The translations under genes were made by a program, and so were the position numbers. Shown here in pieces: positions 1 to 9,416 of a stretch of DNA of 64,000 nucleotides. Origin of the DNA: a virus (lineage: Duplodnaviria > Caudoviricetes); the IMG/VR virus record IMGVR_UViG_2873571580_000001; one strand, 5' to 3'. The notes below the pieces were generated by a model. It searched no databases, was not told the DNA's origin, and saw nothing but the letters and a program-made list of their open reading frames with translations. How positions within the stretch are numbered: the first letter of the stretch is position 1; each line of letters begins with the position of its first letter.

Positions 1-234
1 GCAAGTGGGCTCAATGCCCAACACCTCGCACGCCTTGACGCACTGGCGCGCGAGATAGGCCGGATCGTCGTATTGGTAAGCCGCGGACTCCATCACCACG
101 TACCACGACGCTTTGGGCCGGAACGCAGGGATCAGGACAAGGCAGCGCTCACCGTTGATCCAGGTGTAGACGGCAAGCAGGTCGCCATGCTGGCGGTGCA
201 GATGGGCTTTGCGGAGGTCGATACATGCAGGCAT
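1..234 (-). CDS. Phage hypothetical protein downstream of terL (runs off window)
   Basis: Hand translation from ATG 234: MPACIDLRKAHLHRQHGDLLAVYTWINGERCLVLIPAFRPKASWYVVMESAAYQYDDPAYLARQC..., open to window edge, same strand as terminase genes. Confidence 0.65.
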   Translation of the reverse strand, partial: MPACIDLRKAHLHRQHGDLLAVYTWINGERCLVLIPAFRPKASWYVVMESAAYQYDDPAYLARQCVKACEVLGIEPTC

Positions 235-248
235 GCCCGCCACAGTGG

Positions 249-262
249 CAGGCTTGGTACGG
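249..262 (-). promoter_or_regulatory. 14-bp motif CCGTACCAAGCCTG upstream of late gene (copy 1)
   Basis: Identical copy at 5046-5059; each lies 13-14 nt upstream of a minus-strand late-gene ATG. Confidence 0.5.
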
Positions 263-659
263 GATGGCGCGTTTGTGCCCGCAACCTATGAGAGACATTT
301 AAGAGCGAGAGGCTGGTCTTTCGAGGTCGGCCATTGAATGCTTATAGAGAGCCTTGCTATAGAGAACCTCCGCTAGCGAATCAAGCGGCCTCACATCATC
401 ATGAAGCATCGTGCAGTATTTCCGCGACGCGCGCCACTGCAATCAAAAGTCCATTCGCAGCCATTCGCACTCTACAAAGCGTCACGAGAGTTGAACTCCT
501 CGTATTGAACTTCAAGATTGGGCCCCGACGAGTATCATCCGAAGTGAAAGTCAACAATTGCTATCGCGAATCATTTGCTATAGATACAAACTTAATGTTA
601 CATTGATGGTGATGTCATATTCTCAGAACACACTTTCCTGATCGGGAGTTACATAAGCA

Positions 660-2768
660 ATGAAGATTTGGACACATCTTTTCCGAACAGCGCTTGTTGC
701 TATGCTCATGAGTGCGAATGTAGCGAACGCGCAGAACATTCTTGTTCTGACCACAGGAGGTCAAAACTCCCGACCAGCTCCGGAGCTCGAAAACAAATAT
801 ATGCCAGCGATGGTGCAGGAGTTTTCCAGTCCGCTGACATTCGGCGACTTTACGACTGGTGGCAATCCCTGCAGCGGGACAAATAGCACCACTGTTGGCT
901 CGTTGACGAAGTCCGTCACCTGCAATCAGACCGAATTGGTGAATGGCACCGTCATGGCTTCATCCACCTTTGACCCGGGCTATGACCTTCTGGTAGTGGC
1001 TTCTGCTTACACCACAATAGACGCAGCAGATTGGGCTGTGATCGAGGATGCAGTTCAAACGCGCAAGGTGCGCGGTGCGGTGTTTTTCATCGACACAATC
1101 AACGGGGCCAACACGACGGCCATAGAAGGTTTGCTTTCACGAGTTATGGGAGCCCCCGTTACTCAAGGCTCTCAGTTTCCTGGTGGCAACTTTTACTTTC
1201 CGCTCAACACTGCCGCCGCCGCACAGAGTAGCTTCACCGGCTTACCCACCTTGGAACTCAACAGTGGGTTTTATGCATATAACGGGGTGCCATCACGTTA
1301 CGCTCTGTATACGGGCGTGAATGAATTAGCTACAGCTACTCCGGGGAATGCGACTGACCCAACGTCAGCCACAGGCATTTTCGTACCCCAGAGTGATTCT
1401 TATGCGGGTGCTGGCGCCTGCGTTTTCGGCGTTACGGACATCGGCTGGGGGGTCAGTGGAACTGGGCACAACATTGGCAAGCTCGGCAATGCTTTTCTGA
1501 CAGAATTCAACAAGTCTGCTCCTGATGGAATTTGTGCCACTCCCTTGGCAGCACCTCCCACGCTCGCCATTCAAAAGACAACCACTGCCAACACTGCCGC
1601 CTTTCCATCCAACGGTGTCGCGGTTCCCTATACTGTTGAAGTCAGCAACGTAAGTACCACTGCGCTGGCACTCAACGTTGGAGTAAGCGACCCGCAGCCT
1701 ACAGGCATAACACTAGGTCAGTGGGCATGTACTCAAATTACGCCTGCCGCACCTGCGAATTTGTGCCCCACTGGATTGCCAACTGGCGATCTCGTTACCA
1801 CAATCGCGTCGCTACCCGCTGGTGCGAAGCTTCAGTTCACCACCAGTGGGACCGTGACGGACAATACCCAATCACTGACCAACGTGGCTACGCTTCAGTT
1901 GCCTCCCGGGGCTATCTGCGATGGAGGCGGCAACCCTTGCACATCACAGGTGTCTTTTGCCTTGCCGCCATCGATCAGTGTGATCTGCGAACCAAGCAGT
2001 ATTCTTGATTCACCTTCGCAGACTGCAGTTTGCAGTATTTCCTCCAGCATCTCAGCACCCGCTGGCGGTTTGACCGTCGCATTGATTCCACCAGCCTCCC
2101 CGCACGGACGCTATTCCACCGACTGCGGCTCGACTATCACGATACTCGAAGGAAGTCTTAAGGCTACCTGCAGCATTACCGCGACGCCCAATGACACGCC
2201 TGGAGATGGAGATGTGAATGTGACGCTGGCATTGGCTACTCGACCTGTTGGTGCCAACTACCAAACGGGATTGCCATCCCAAGCCACAGTATTGGTCAAA
2301 GATGACGATGTCGCGGCCGCCACGCCGGAAGCAACACTGTCCTGCACACCGACGACACTGGTCGACGCCGAAAATCAGGTATCCATTTGTACCGTCAGCC
2401 TAAGCGCTCCCGCCCCAGCAGGAGGACTTGGTATCATTATCGTTCCACCAGCGACCAATGGTCGCTACAGCACGACCTGTGCATCGCCCCTCGCCGTTCC
2501 AGCAGGCGCTAGCACTGCTACTTGCGCTATCACAGCCACGCCCAATACAGTTGCTGGCGATGGTAGCGCCTCAGCCCTTGTCCAACTGATACCCGGAACC
2601 GGCTATGGAGTGGGTAATCAAGCGCAGGCGACGGTCAATATCAACGATGATGACCAAACAATGACTGTTGCACCTGTTCCCACTTTGGGTCAGTGGGCCA
2701 TGATGATCCTGTCGATTCTTGTCGCGTCGATTGGCGTTGGATTGTCACGCAGGCAGTTGCGCAAATAG
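660..2768 (+). CDS. IPTL-CTERM sorted surface protein A (signal peptide, unique N-domain, DUF11-like domain, 2 Cys/DDD repeats)
   Basis: Signal peptide ending ANA-Q; C-terminus VPTLGQWAMMILSILVASIGVGLSRRQLRK (PTL..W motif, TM helix, basic tail). Confidence 0.85.
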   Translation: MKIWTHLFRTALVAMLMSANVANAQNILVLTTGGQNSRPAPELENKYMPAMVQEFSSPLTFGDFTTGGNPCSGTNSTTVGSLTKSVTCNQTELVNGTVMASSTFDPGYDLLVVASAYTTIDAADWAVIEDAVQTRKVRGAVFFIDTINGANTTAIEGLLSRVMGAPVTQGSQFPGGNFYFPLNTAAAAQSSFTGLPTLELNSGFYAYNGVPSRYALYTGVNELATATPGNATDPTSATGIFVPQSDSYAGAGACVFGVTDIGWGVSGTGHNIGKLGNAFLTEFNKSAPDGICATPLAAPPTLAIQKTTTANTAAFPSNGVAVPYTVEVSNVSTTALALNVGVSDPQPTGITLGQWACTQITPAAPANLCPTGLPTGDLVTTIASLPAGAKLQFTTSGTVTDNTQSLTNVATLQLPPGAICDGGGNPCTSQVSFALPPSISVICEPSSILDSPSQTAVCSISSSISAPAGGLTVALIPPASPHGRYSTDCGSTITILEGSLKATCSITATPNDTPGDGDVNVTLALATRPVGANYQTGLPSQATVLVKDDDVAAATPEATLSCTPTTLVDAENQVSICTVSLSAPAPAGGLGIIIVPPATNGRYSTTCASPLAVPAGASTATCAITATPNTVAGDGSASALVQLIPGTGYGVGNQAQATVNINDDDQTMTVAPVPTLGQWAMMILSILVASIGVGLSRRQLRK

Positions 2769-2870
2769 GTATTTCCCGCAAAAAATACTGAGCCACCTCC
2801 GGGTGGCTCTATACGTTTTGGTAGGTTGCTTCAGTAGCGTTTCGGATAGTTCTTATCGAGCCATGCTGGA
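2277..2870 (+). repeat. 594-bp direct repeat, copy 1
   Basis: Ungapped alignment to 7066-7659 (offset 4789), about 18 mismatches counted by hand; covers last repeat, sorting signal, terminator and terL tail. Confidence 0.95.
2790..2809. terminator. Hairpin between convergent IPTL-A and terL
   Basis: GAGCCACC-TCCG-GGTGGCTC perfect stem-loop. Confidence 0.7.
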
Positions 2871-4232
2871 TCCGTGCCGCTTGATCTTTTGACCCGGATT
2901 TCCCGCATCGTTGTCCATGCGCGGCAGTGCCATCCCTATATATCGCCACACGTCCGCGCCATGACTGGCGTCATCGTGCAGCGGCGCGCCCGGCTCCTGC
3001 GTGCGTGGATCGATCTGCCGCTTGTACCGACTCAGGCAGTCCAATAGCTGAGCGCACTTCTTCTCGTCAATGTAGGCCTGCGGAAAGATGCCGCGAGCCA
3101 GACGAATGCCCGCCTCCAGCCCGAATCGCTCCAGCACTTCAACCTCGCGCTTCATGTCCTCAAGGATCTGCTGCGCGGTCTGCCCCGTCTTGAAATCACC
3201 GTGCGCACCGTCGTGCGGGAGGAAGTCGATGCCCCAGCGATACGGCAGCTTCTCCATCTCCTCGACATACCACTCGAGTGTCTTCTGGTTGTCCTGCATG
3301 AAATTGATGACGCGGAAATCCACGGGCGTGCGCTGCACGAACGCGATGGCCATATTGTCGGCCCAGCCCAAATCCCAAACGGTGTGCACCGGCAGACGCG
3401 GGTTGTACGGCACCAGACAGACGCGCTCCTCGTTGTAGAGCTTTTCCACCTCTTTGGCGTAGATCGCGCCAGCAATCGCGCGCTTGGGTTTGCCCTCCCA
3501 GACATTCCAGTAGGTCTCGGGATCGCGCTTGAAGTGTCGGAGTCGCTCTTTCTCCAGCACCTCCGGGAACCATGGGTTGTCACGCCAGTTGATCTCGCAC
3601 AGCCATGTGTCCTCATCCGCGTTGGTGATGAAGCGCGAATAGGTCGCATCGCTGGCGAGATCAGGATTGAGCGTGAGCCAAATCTCAGAGCCAGGCCGCC
3701 GGATGGTCGGTACCAGCACCTCCCAAGACCGAGCACTGACGCTCTGCGCCTCTTCCACCCAGACAATATCAATGGCCTCGAACGACTTGATGGTGTCGAC
3801 GGTGTGGCTCTGCAGTCCTGCGAACAGGATCAGTGTGCCGTTGGCTCCACGAATCTCAGTGTCCAGCACCTCGTAGAACCCGCCGAGTTTCAATGCTTCG
3901 ATCTGATCGCGCAGAAGCCGGTGCACGGAATCGCGCATCGACTTCTGGATTTCACGGGCGCACAGGATACGCAGCGGCCGGTTGCTGCCCATGACGAGCA
4001 GCGCCATCGCAACAGACCACGACTTGGCTCCGCCGCGCCCGCCATACATGACCTTGAAGCGTCGCGGCTGAAACAGCCCGCGCAGCTTACCCGGAAACTC
4101 GATGCGAACGCGCTCCCGCTCTACCTCGTAGTCCTGGGCAAAGTCGGCGACGAGTGAGCCGCCATGCACGTCCGCGAGTGTCGCGGCCAGAATGCTGGGC
4201 TGTGTTGTTCCGCGAATCGGAGCGAGTCTCAT
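2853..4232 (-). CDS. terL: Terminase large subunit (PBSX/Terminase_3-like)
   Basis: Walker A GGRGGAKS, Walker B VWVEEAQ, nuclease motifs WDLGW and HDDASHGADVWRY. Confidence 0.93.
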   Translation of the reverse strand: MRLAPIRGTTQPSILAATLADVHGGSLVADFAQDYEVERERVRIEFPGKLRGLFQPRRFKVMYGGRGGAKSWSVAMALLVMGSNRPLRILCAREIQKSMRDSVHRLLRDQIEALKLGGFYEVLDTEIRGANGTLILFAGLQSHTVDTIKSFEAIDIVWVEEAQSVSARSWEVLVPTIRRPGSEIWLTLNPDLASDATYSRFITNADEDTWLCEINWRDNPWFPEVLEKERLRHFKRDPETYWNVWEGKPKRAIAGAIYAKEVEKLYNEERVCLVPYNPRLPVHTVWDLGWADNMAIAFVQRTPVDFRVINFMQDNQKTLEWYVEEMEKLPYRWGIDFLPHDGAHGDFKTGQTAQQILEDMKREVEVLERFGLEAGIRLARGIFPQAYIDEKKCAQLLDCLSRYKRQIDPRTQEPGAPLHDDASHGADVWRYIGMALPRMDNDAGNPGQKIKRHGSSMAR

Positions 4233-5032
4233 GCGCCGCCTGCAGTCGGATCGTTCTCGCGCTTCGGTGGATCAACGAAATGAATCTCGAAGTGTCCGAC
4301 TCCGCCCCCGCCCTGCTGCTCGTTGTCGCGCTTGTACATGCCGTGGTAGCGCATGAGCTTCTCGGCGACATCCAGTTGGCTATGGATGCTGATCTCCATT
4401 CCGTTGCGAGTTTCCTTCGCGCCGCCGAACAGTGCGAGCGCACCTGCCGACATGCTGCGCGTGTCCTTGAGCACAGTGCGCGACGTTCCACCACCAAAGC
4501 ACTCGGGACAGTCCTGATTCGGCGGCTTCCGGGCGTCGTAGCCGATACCGCCCGCCTCCGGGAAGGTCGCTATCGCCTTGCCTTCCTCGACCCACTTCTC
4601 GCGCTTGGTGTTGTATTCCGCCATGGTGTATTGGTACTGGTGGCCAATACCGTAGCAGTGACGGCAGCAAGCGACATAGACCTCCACCAGTTCGCGCGGG
4701 TCAGCCATCAGCATCTGATTCAGGCGGTTCACAACGTCCGCCGCCTTCACCTCGGCACGCTCCACAACCGCCTTGGAGAACTCCCGCACAAACTCCTGCA
4801 CCTTCACATTTCTCAACAGGCGAGCGCCCTGCGACGCTGACGTGTTCTTGCTGTACCCGGCTTTCACTGCCGCCTGCGTGGCATTGAAATCAGACAACAC
4901 ATACTCTCGCGCGAATGCACGATAACGGTCCTCGGTCGTGATTTTTGGCTTGGCCGGTGGTGGTTTGGCCTTCGCCTTTGCCTTACTGCTTCGGGAAGCA
5001 TCAGGCTTGGGCTTTCGGGAGGAATTGCTCAT
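4229..5032 (-). CDS. terS: Terminase small subunit with Cys-rich insertion
   Basis: FAREYVLSDFNATQAAVKAGYSKNTS..G.RLL motif, CCRHC...CPEC; stop overlaps terL start. Confidence 0.88.
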   Translation of the reverse strand: MSNSSRKPKPDASRSSKAKAKAKPPPAKPKITTEDRYRAFAREYVLSDFNATQAAVKAGYSKNTSASQGARLLRNVKVQEFVREFSKAVVERAEVKAADVVNRLNQMLMADPRELVEVYVACCRHCYGIGHQYQYTMAEYNTKREKWVEEGKAIATFPEAGGIGYDARKPPNQDCPECFGGGTSRTVLKDTRSMSAGALALFGGAKETRNGMEISIHSQLDVAEKLMRYHGMYKRDNEQQGGGGVGHFEIHFVDPPKRENDPTAGGA

Positions 5033-5045
5033 CCCTACAACATGA

Positions 5046-5059
5046 CAGGCTTGGTACGG
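5046..5059 (-). promoter_or_regulatory. 14-bp motif CCGTACCAAGCCTG upstream of terS (copy 2)
   Basis: Identical to 249-262. Confidence 0.5.
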
Positions 5060-5439
5060 AATCAATCGCTCAATATACGCACAAAGCTTTCCGCGAAAAC
5101 CAATGCTTCGTGACGAGGGAGCTGACCGCTGACGAATGGGCGAAGCCCCTCGCCAAGCAGGTTTGCATGTGTCGAAATCCGCCCTGCCCCTGCATCAATT
5201 CAATGAGCAGGTCCGAAATTTCAATAACGCCTTTTGGGTCCATGTCATTCCTAGAAGTGCCATTCGCATGGGGGCATCCTTGTAGTTGCCGCATAACGTC
5301 ATCAGACTTGGTGCGGTCAAAAAGAAAATTTGCTTAGAGTCAATCGCTGCTGACATTTTTTTGCAAATACTCTCTTTGATCAACAAGAGATATCAGTTAC
5401 CGTTTGTAGTTAGTTCTATTCAATTGTGATTGAAAAAAA

Positions 5440-7557
5440 ATGATGCCAAACCGATTTTCGATCTGCCTGCTTGGTGCCTTGATTCCGTTGGGCGCAAATG
5501 CTGCTGCCGGAGCCCCACTGCCTCGCTGCTCAGTTGACTCCCAGTCGTACTATCTGATGCGCTATACAGAAGTGGGAACTTCTGCCACCAATCTACGCAC
5601 TCCGACTACCAGTTTAGATTTGGCAGTTGTGCCAGCCAGCGGTTCCGTCACTCTTACAAACATCTGGAATGCACAAGCTGCACCAACTCCCTCTCAGTGG
5701 GACGGCTCCCCGACTGCGGGCGCGACCGTCGCTGGGGGCATGGGTAAAGACGGCTACATCTATGCGATGAGAGCTGTGGGAGCATGGGAGCCGGGCTGGA
5801 CCAACCCAAACTGGCAAACGCACACGCGTCGCTACGAGATGCTTCGGTTTGGCCGCAGCGGCGTGGACAATCTCGGTATCGTGAGCGGTTTGGGGCCTTA
5901 CCGGAATGATGCAAACGTCACGGTGAGTGGAGCGGTGGATCTTCGACTTGGGCCCAACATGAACGCGGCAGACATCGATCCGGTAAGCGGAATCATGTAT
6001 GTGGCGTCTTTCCAGTCCAGCGGATTGTTGGACAAAATCTTCAAGATCGATGTCACACAGACACCCCCGCAGTACGTAGGGACCCTTGCGCTTACCCAAA
6101 GCATTCCAGGAGCTCAATCAGGAGACTTTGCCATAGATGCAGCAGGTCAGTATGCCTACGGAGTGGCCAAGGCTGCAGGAACCTTCGGCAACTCCACAAG
6201 CTATCGCATCAATTTGACTACAGGCGTAGTCGAATCATTGGCAACTGGTCTTGGAATTATCCCTTACGGTGCTGCGGCACGATTGCCAAACAATTCCGCC
6301 AAGATGGCTTTCTATGGCCTAAGTACGCAAATCATGACTCTGCCCACAGGGACTCTGGGCACCAGTCAATCCACTCCAACCTCAACCAGCTCAGATGGAG
6401 CCGCGTGTCTACCGAAGTTCAAGACTACCTTGCAATGCGTTCCACTTACACTGGTCGATGCCGACAACAACGTCGCCACCTGCACCATCGCTCTCGATCA
6501 GCCAGCGCCAATTGGTGGTATTGCCATCGCGCTGACACCTCCAGTAACTGATACACGGTACACGACAACCTGCGCATCATCTGTCACGATCCCTGCCAAC
6601 ACGACCACCGCTCAATGCACCATAGCCGCTACAGCTAACACCACCCCAGGGGATGGAGATGTAACGGCAACAGTATCACTGACCACACCCGCGGCGACTG
6701 ACGACTACGAGCTGAGCACGCCATCGAGTGCCAGTATCCTGATCAAGAACGACGACCTACCTACCGTCAACCTGACATGTACGCCCAATACGTTGACGGA
6801 CTCCCCCGGTCAGGTATCAACATGCACTGTCACCTCAAATGTGCCCGCGTCCGTTGGAGGAATGACAATCGCCTTGGTGCCTCCTGTTGCAAATCCTCGC
6901 TACATTAGTACCTGTGGTGCGAACATCTCCTTGGCGGAAGGCGAAAGCAGCAATACCTGCACCATCACGGCGAATCCAAATACCACTCCGGGTGACGGCG
7001 ACGTTGCCTCATCGTTGGCATTAGCAATACCACAACCAGGTTCAGGCTACCAGATAGGCACACCGTCCCAAGCCACAGTATTCGTCAGAGATGACGATGT
7101 CGCGGCCGCCACGCCGGAAGCAACACTGTCCTGCACACCGACGACACTGGTCGACGCCGAAAATCAGGTATCCATTTGTACCGTCAGCCTGAGCACTCCC
7201 GCTCCAGCAGGAGGACTTGGTATCAATATCATTCCACCAGCGACCAATGGTCGCTACAGCACAACTTGTGCATCGCCCCTCTCCGTTTCAGCAAGCGCTA
7301 GCACTGCTACTTGCGCTATCGCAGCCACGCCCAATACAGTTGCTGGCGATGGTAGCGCCTCAGCCCTTGTCCAACTGATACCCGGAACCGGCTATGGAGT
7401 GGGTAATCAAGCGCAGGCGACGGTCAATATCAACGATGATGACCAAACAATGACTGTTGCACCTGTTCCCACTTTGGGTCAGTGGGCCATGATGATCCTG
7501 TCGATTCTTGTCGCGTCGATTGGCGTTGGATTGTCACGCAGGCAGTTGCGCAAATAG
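5440..7557 (+). CDS. IPTL-CTERM sorted surface protein B (signal peptide, beta-rich N-domain, 3 Cys/DDD repeats)
   Basis: Signal peptide; repeats C-x-P...C...RY.TTC...C.I.AT.N...GDG...DDD; C-terminal ~160 aa nearly identical to protein A. Confidence 0.85.
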   Translation: MMPNRFSICLLGALIPLGANAAAGAPLPRCSVDSQSYYLMRYTEVGTSATNLRTPTTSLDLAVVPASGSVTLTNIWNAQAAPTPSQWDGSPTAGATVAGGMGKDGYIYAMRAVGAWEPGWTNPNWQTHTRRYEMLRFGRSGVDNLGIVSGLGPYRNDANVTVSGAVDLRLGPNMNAADIDPVSGIMYVASFQSSGLLDKIFKIDVTQTPPQYVGTLALTQSIPGAQSGDFAIDAAGQYAYGVAKAAGTFGNSTSYRINLTTGVVESLATGLGIIPYGAAARLPNNSAKMAFYGLSTQIMTLPTGTLGTSQSTPTSTSSDGAACLPKFKTTLQCVPLTLVDADNNVATCTIALDQPAPIGGIAIALTPPVTDTRYTTTCASSVTIPANTTTAQCTIAATANTTPGDGDVTATVSLTTPAATDDYELSTPSSASILIKNDDLPTVNLTCTPNTLTDSPGQVSTCTVTSNVPASVGGMTIALVPPVANPRYISTCGANISLAEGESSNTCTITANPNTTPGDGDVASSLALAIPQPGSGYQIGTPSQATVFVRDDDVAAATPEATLSCTPTTLVDAENQVSICTVSLSTPAPAGGLGINIIPPATNGRYSTTCASPLSVSASASTATCAIAATPNTVAGDGSASALVQLIPGTGYGVGNQAQATVNINDDDQTMTVAPVPTLGQWAMMILSILVASIGVGLSRRQLRK

Positions 7558-7659
7558 GTATTTCCCGCAAAAACTACTGAGCCACCTCCGGGTGGCTCTT
7601 TACGTTTTGGTAGGTTGCTTCAGTAGCGTTTCGGACAGTTCCTATCGAGCCACGCTGGA
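7066..7659 (+). repeat. 594-bp direct repeat, copy 2
   Basis: Aligns to 2277-2870. Confidence 0.95.
7579..7598. terminator. Hairpin after IPTL-B
   Basis: Same GAGCCACC-TCCG-GGTGGCTC stem-loop. Confidence 0.7.
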
Positions 7660-7677
7660 CCCTCTCCTCCGAATCTT
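7642..7677 (-). pseudogene. Orphan 3' tail of a second terL allele
   Basis: Reads KIRRRGSSVAR-stop versus KIKRHGSSMAR-stop at the end of intact TerL (8/11 identical), same position relative to the IPTL gene. Confidence 0.65.
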
Positions 7678-7795
7678 GCCTCCCCCACCCCGCACGCCAA
7701 TGATCCCCGCATCCTTGGCCTGCGCCTACTAACGGATGGCATCAGCCCCTTCTGAGCAGCTTTTGCCAACTACATCAACAAGTGCTGATCACTTC

Positions 7796-8119
7796 TTAAA
7801 TTGCTACTCCTATCGAATACCGCATCACTGGCTTGCGCCCCGGCAAGCTGCTCATCTCCGAGTCAATCAACTCCAGTCGCGCCAAGTACTGCAGCGCCCA
7901 ATCCACCTCGCCCTTCGACCTCCCCAGCGTCAGCACCAGCTCGGGGTGAAAGAACCAGCGGCCGGGGTGCGCGCGCAGAAAGCGCAGCAGCACATCGGAT
8001 CCGCTTCCCGGCTGGATCACTCCCGGCGGCCGTGGGTTTGCTGGTCGTGGCCTCTCCTCGACACCACGGGTGCTCATCTGCTCGGCCATCCAGTTCATTG
8101 GGTCATTCATTGCTGTCAT
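7796..8119 (-). CDS. Phage hypothetical, possible winged-helix protein
   Basis: VLLRFLRAHPGRWFFHPELVLTLGRSKGEVDWALQYLARLELI pattern; coupled to upstream gene. Confidence 0.55.
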   Translation of the reverse strand: MTAMNDPMNWMAEQMSTRGVEERPRPANPRPPGVIQPGSGSDVLLRFLRAHPGRWFFHPELVLTLGRSKGEVDWALQYLARLELIDSEMSSLPGRKPVMRYSIGVAI

Positions 8120-8549
8120 GTGGATATGGCAGGTTTGCAGGCCACTGGCCCATTGCTTTGATTTTTCGTTGCGTGTCGGCGGCCCACACCGATTCCAACT
8201 CGCGGCGAACAGCCTTCGGACACAGCGCTCCCTGATCCAGCCGTGCATGGCAGCCCTGAATGCCGGGCCGATCGCAACAGGCCGGAAACAACGTCAGGTC
8301 ACACGCCTTCATCCCCATACCCTTTCCGGTGTTGGCGTGCGCCGCCTGGCTGAATCCGGGCACGCCGCAAATCACACACGGCAATCCAGCCACCGCCCGT
8401 CGATACGCCTCGCTGCGAACTGGCGTGAGCTTCGGTGCGGCGCTCACTTGGTCGGCAATGACGGCGTACATCACCTGCACGGCCAGCGGCTTGTGCACGA
8501 TCGGCGCGCGCTCGGGGCGTTTTGGGCGCTTGAATCCAGAACGCTTCAT
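8103..8549 (-). CDS. nin-region Cys/His protein (DUF968/DUF1364-like)
   Basis: RRAVAGLPCVICG...QAAH...GMGMK...P.C...CH signature. Confidence 0.7.
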   Translation of the reverse strand: MKRSGFKRPKRPERAPIVHKPLAVQVMYAVIADQVSAAPKLTPVRSEAYRRAVAGLPCVICGVPGFSQAAHANTGKGMGMKACDLTLFPACCDRPGIQGCHARLDQGALCPKAVRRELESVWAADTQRKIKAMGQWPANLPYPHDSNE

Positions 8550-9067
8550 TCGTTGAAGCCTCCCAGAATCGACTCGATCATCTCGATGCGCGCGACCGGC
8601 GTCAGGTGCTTCCACAGCGTGCGGGCGGCATGCTCGGTGCGCAGGAAATTGACCACGTCACCATGGAATTGCTCCATCGCGCCCTGCTCCAACTTGCTGT
8701 AGCTGATCGAGCGCGGAACGGGAATCACGCCGCCCTTCGGCCCCGGATACCAATCAACGAACGATGCGCCCACCTTGAGCCACGCACGGAAACTCTCGAA
8801 GTCCTCGAAGCGCTCTTGCGCCTCATAGACTACTTGCTCCAGCGCCATGTGCTTGCGGTGATACCAGCCAAGACGCGGCTGCACGGTCGAGATCTCCATC
8901 ATCTCGCCCGGCTCCAGGCCCATGATGCGATTCCAGAGTCGGCGCCACTGGCGGCGGCCCTGCTCGCCCAGTCCATCGATGATCCCGAAGACCACCCGGC
9001 GCGCGGCGTCCTTGTCGGCTTCGGTGGCCTGCATGTCTTCTTGGCGAACCAGAATGATTTCAGGCAT
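8546..9067 (-). CDS. nin-region hypothetical (DUF1367-like)
   Basis: WLKVGA.FVDW...VPRSISY.KL motif; coupled ORF. Confidence 0.6.
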   Translation of the reverse strand: MPEIILVRQEDMQATEADKDAARRVVFGIIDGLGEQGRRQWRRLWNRIMGLEPGEMMEISTVQPRLGWYHRKHMALEQVVYEAQERFEDFESFRAWLKVGASFVDWYPGPKGGVIPVPRSISYSKLEQGAMEQFHGDVVNFLRTEHAARTLWKHLTPVARIEMIESILGGFNE

Positions 9068-9416
9068 GCGACACCTCCACGCGCACAAACCCGCCGATCT
9101 CGTCGGCGCGAACGATCGACAGCGACCAATGCTTGTCGTCCACGCCGAGCACATCAGCCAGACCATCGAGCCCCGACTTCATCCGCGCCAGCGCGTTGTC
9201 GAGGTCAAACGCACGCCGGTTCGGCGGAACGAATGTGAGCGCCAGATGCAACTTGTCTGCCTCGATGCGGCGCGCGCCCTGCTCCTTCGCAGTCCAGCCA
9301 CACGCGGCGCGGTAGGCCTTCTTGGCTTTGGCCACTGCGCGCCAGTGCAGACGCGCATTCGGCGAAAGCTCCTTCGGCGGCCATGGCAGAGTCAGTGTGA
9401 AAATTGGATTGCTCAT
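9060..9416 (-). CDS. rusA: RusA-like Holliday junction resolvase
   Basis: LPWPP..LSPN...DLDN....KSGLDGL...LGVDD motif. Confidence 0.8.
   Translation of the reverse strand: MSNPIFTLTLPWPPKELSPNARLHWRAVAKAKKAYRAACGWTAKEQGARRIEADKLHLALTFVPPNRRAFDLDNALARMKSGLDGLADVLGVDDKHWSLSIVRADEIGGFVRVEVSHA

Noticed and set aside
2817-2824. TTGGTAGG (start of att core) in both long-repeat copies (also near 7606)
   Set aside because: Only 8 bp; expected by chance in 64 kb and no further match to the 27-bp core.
5070-5386. Short ORFs between terS and IPTL-B
   Set aside because: No recognisable motif or RBS; more likely promoter/junction DNA.
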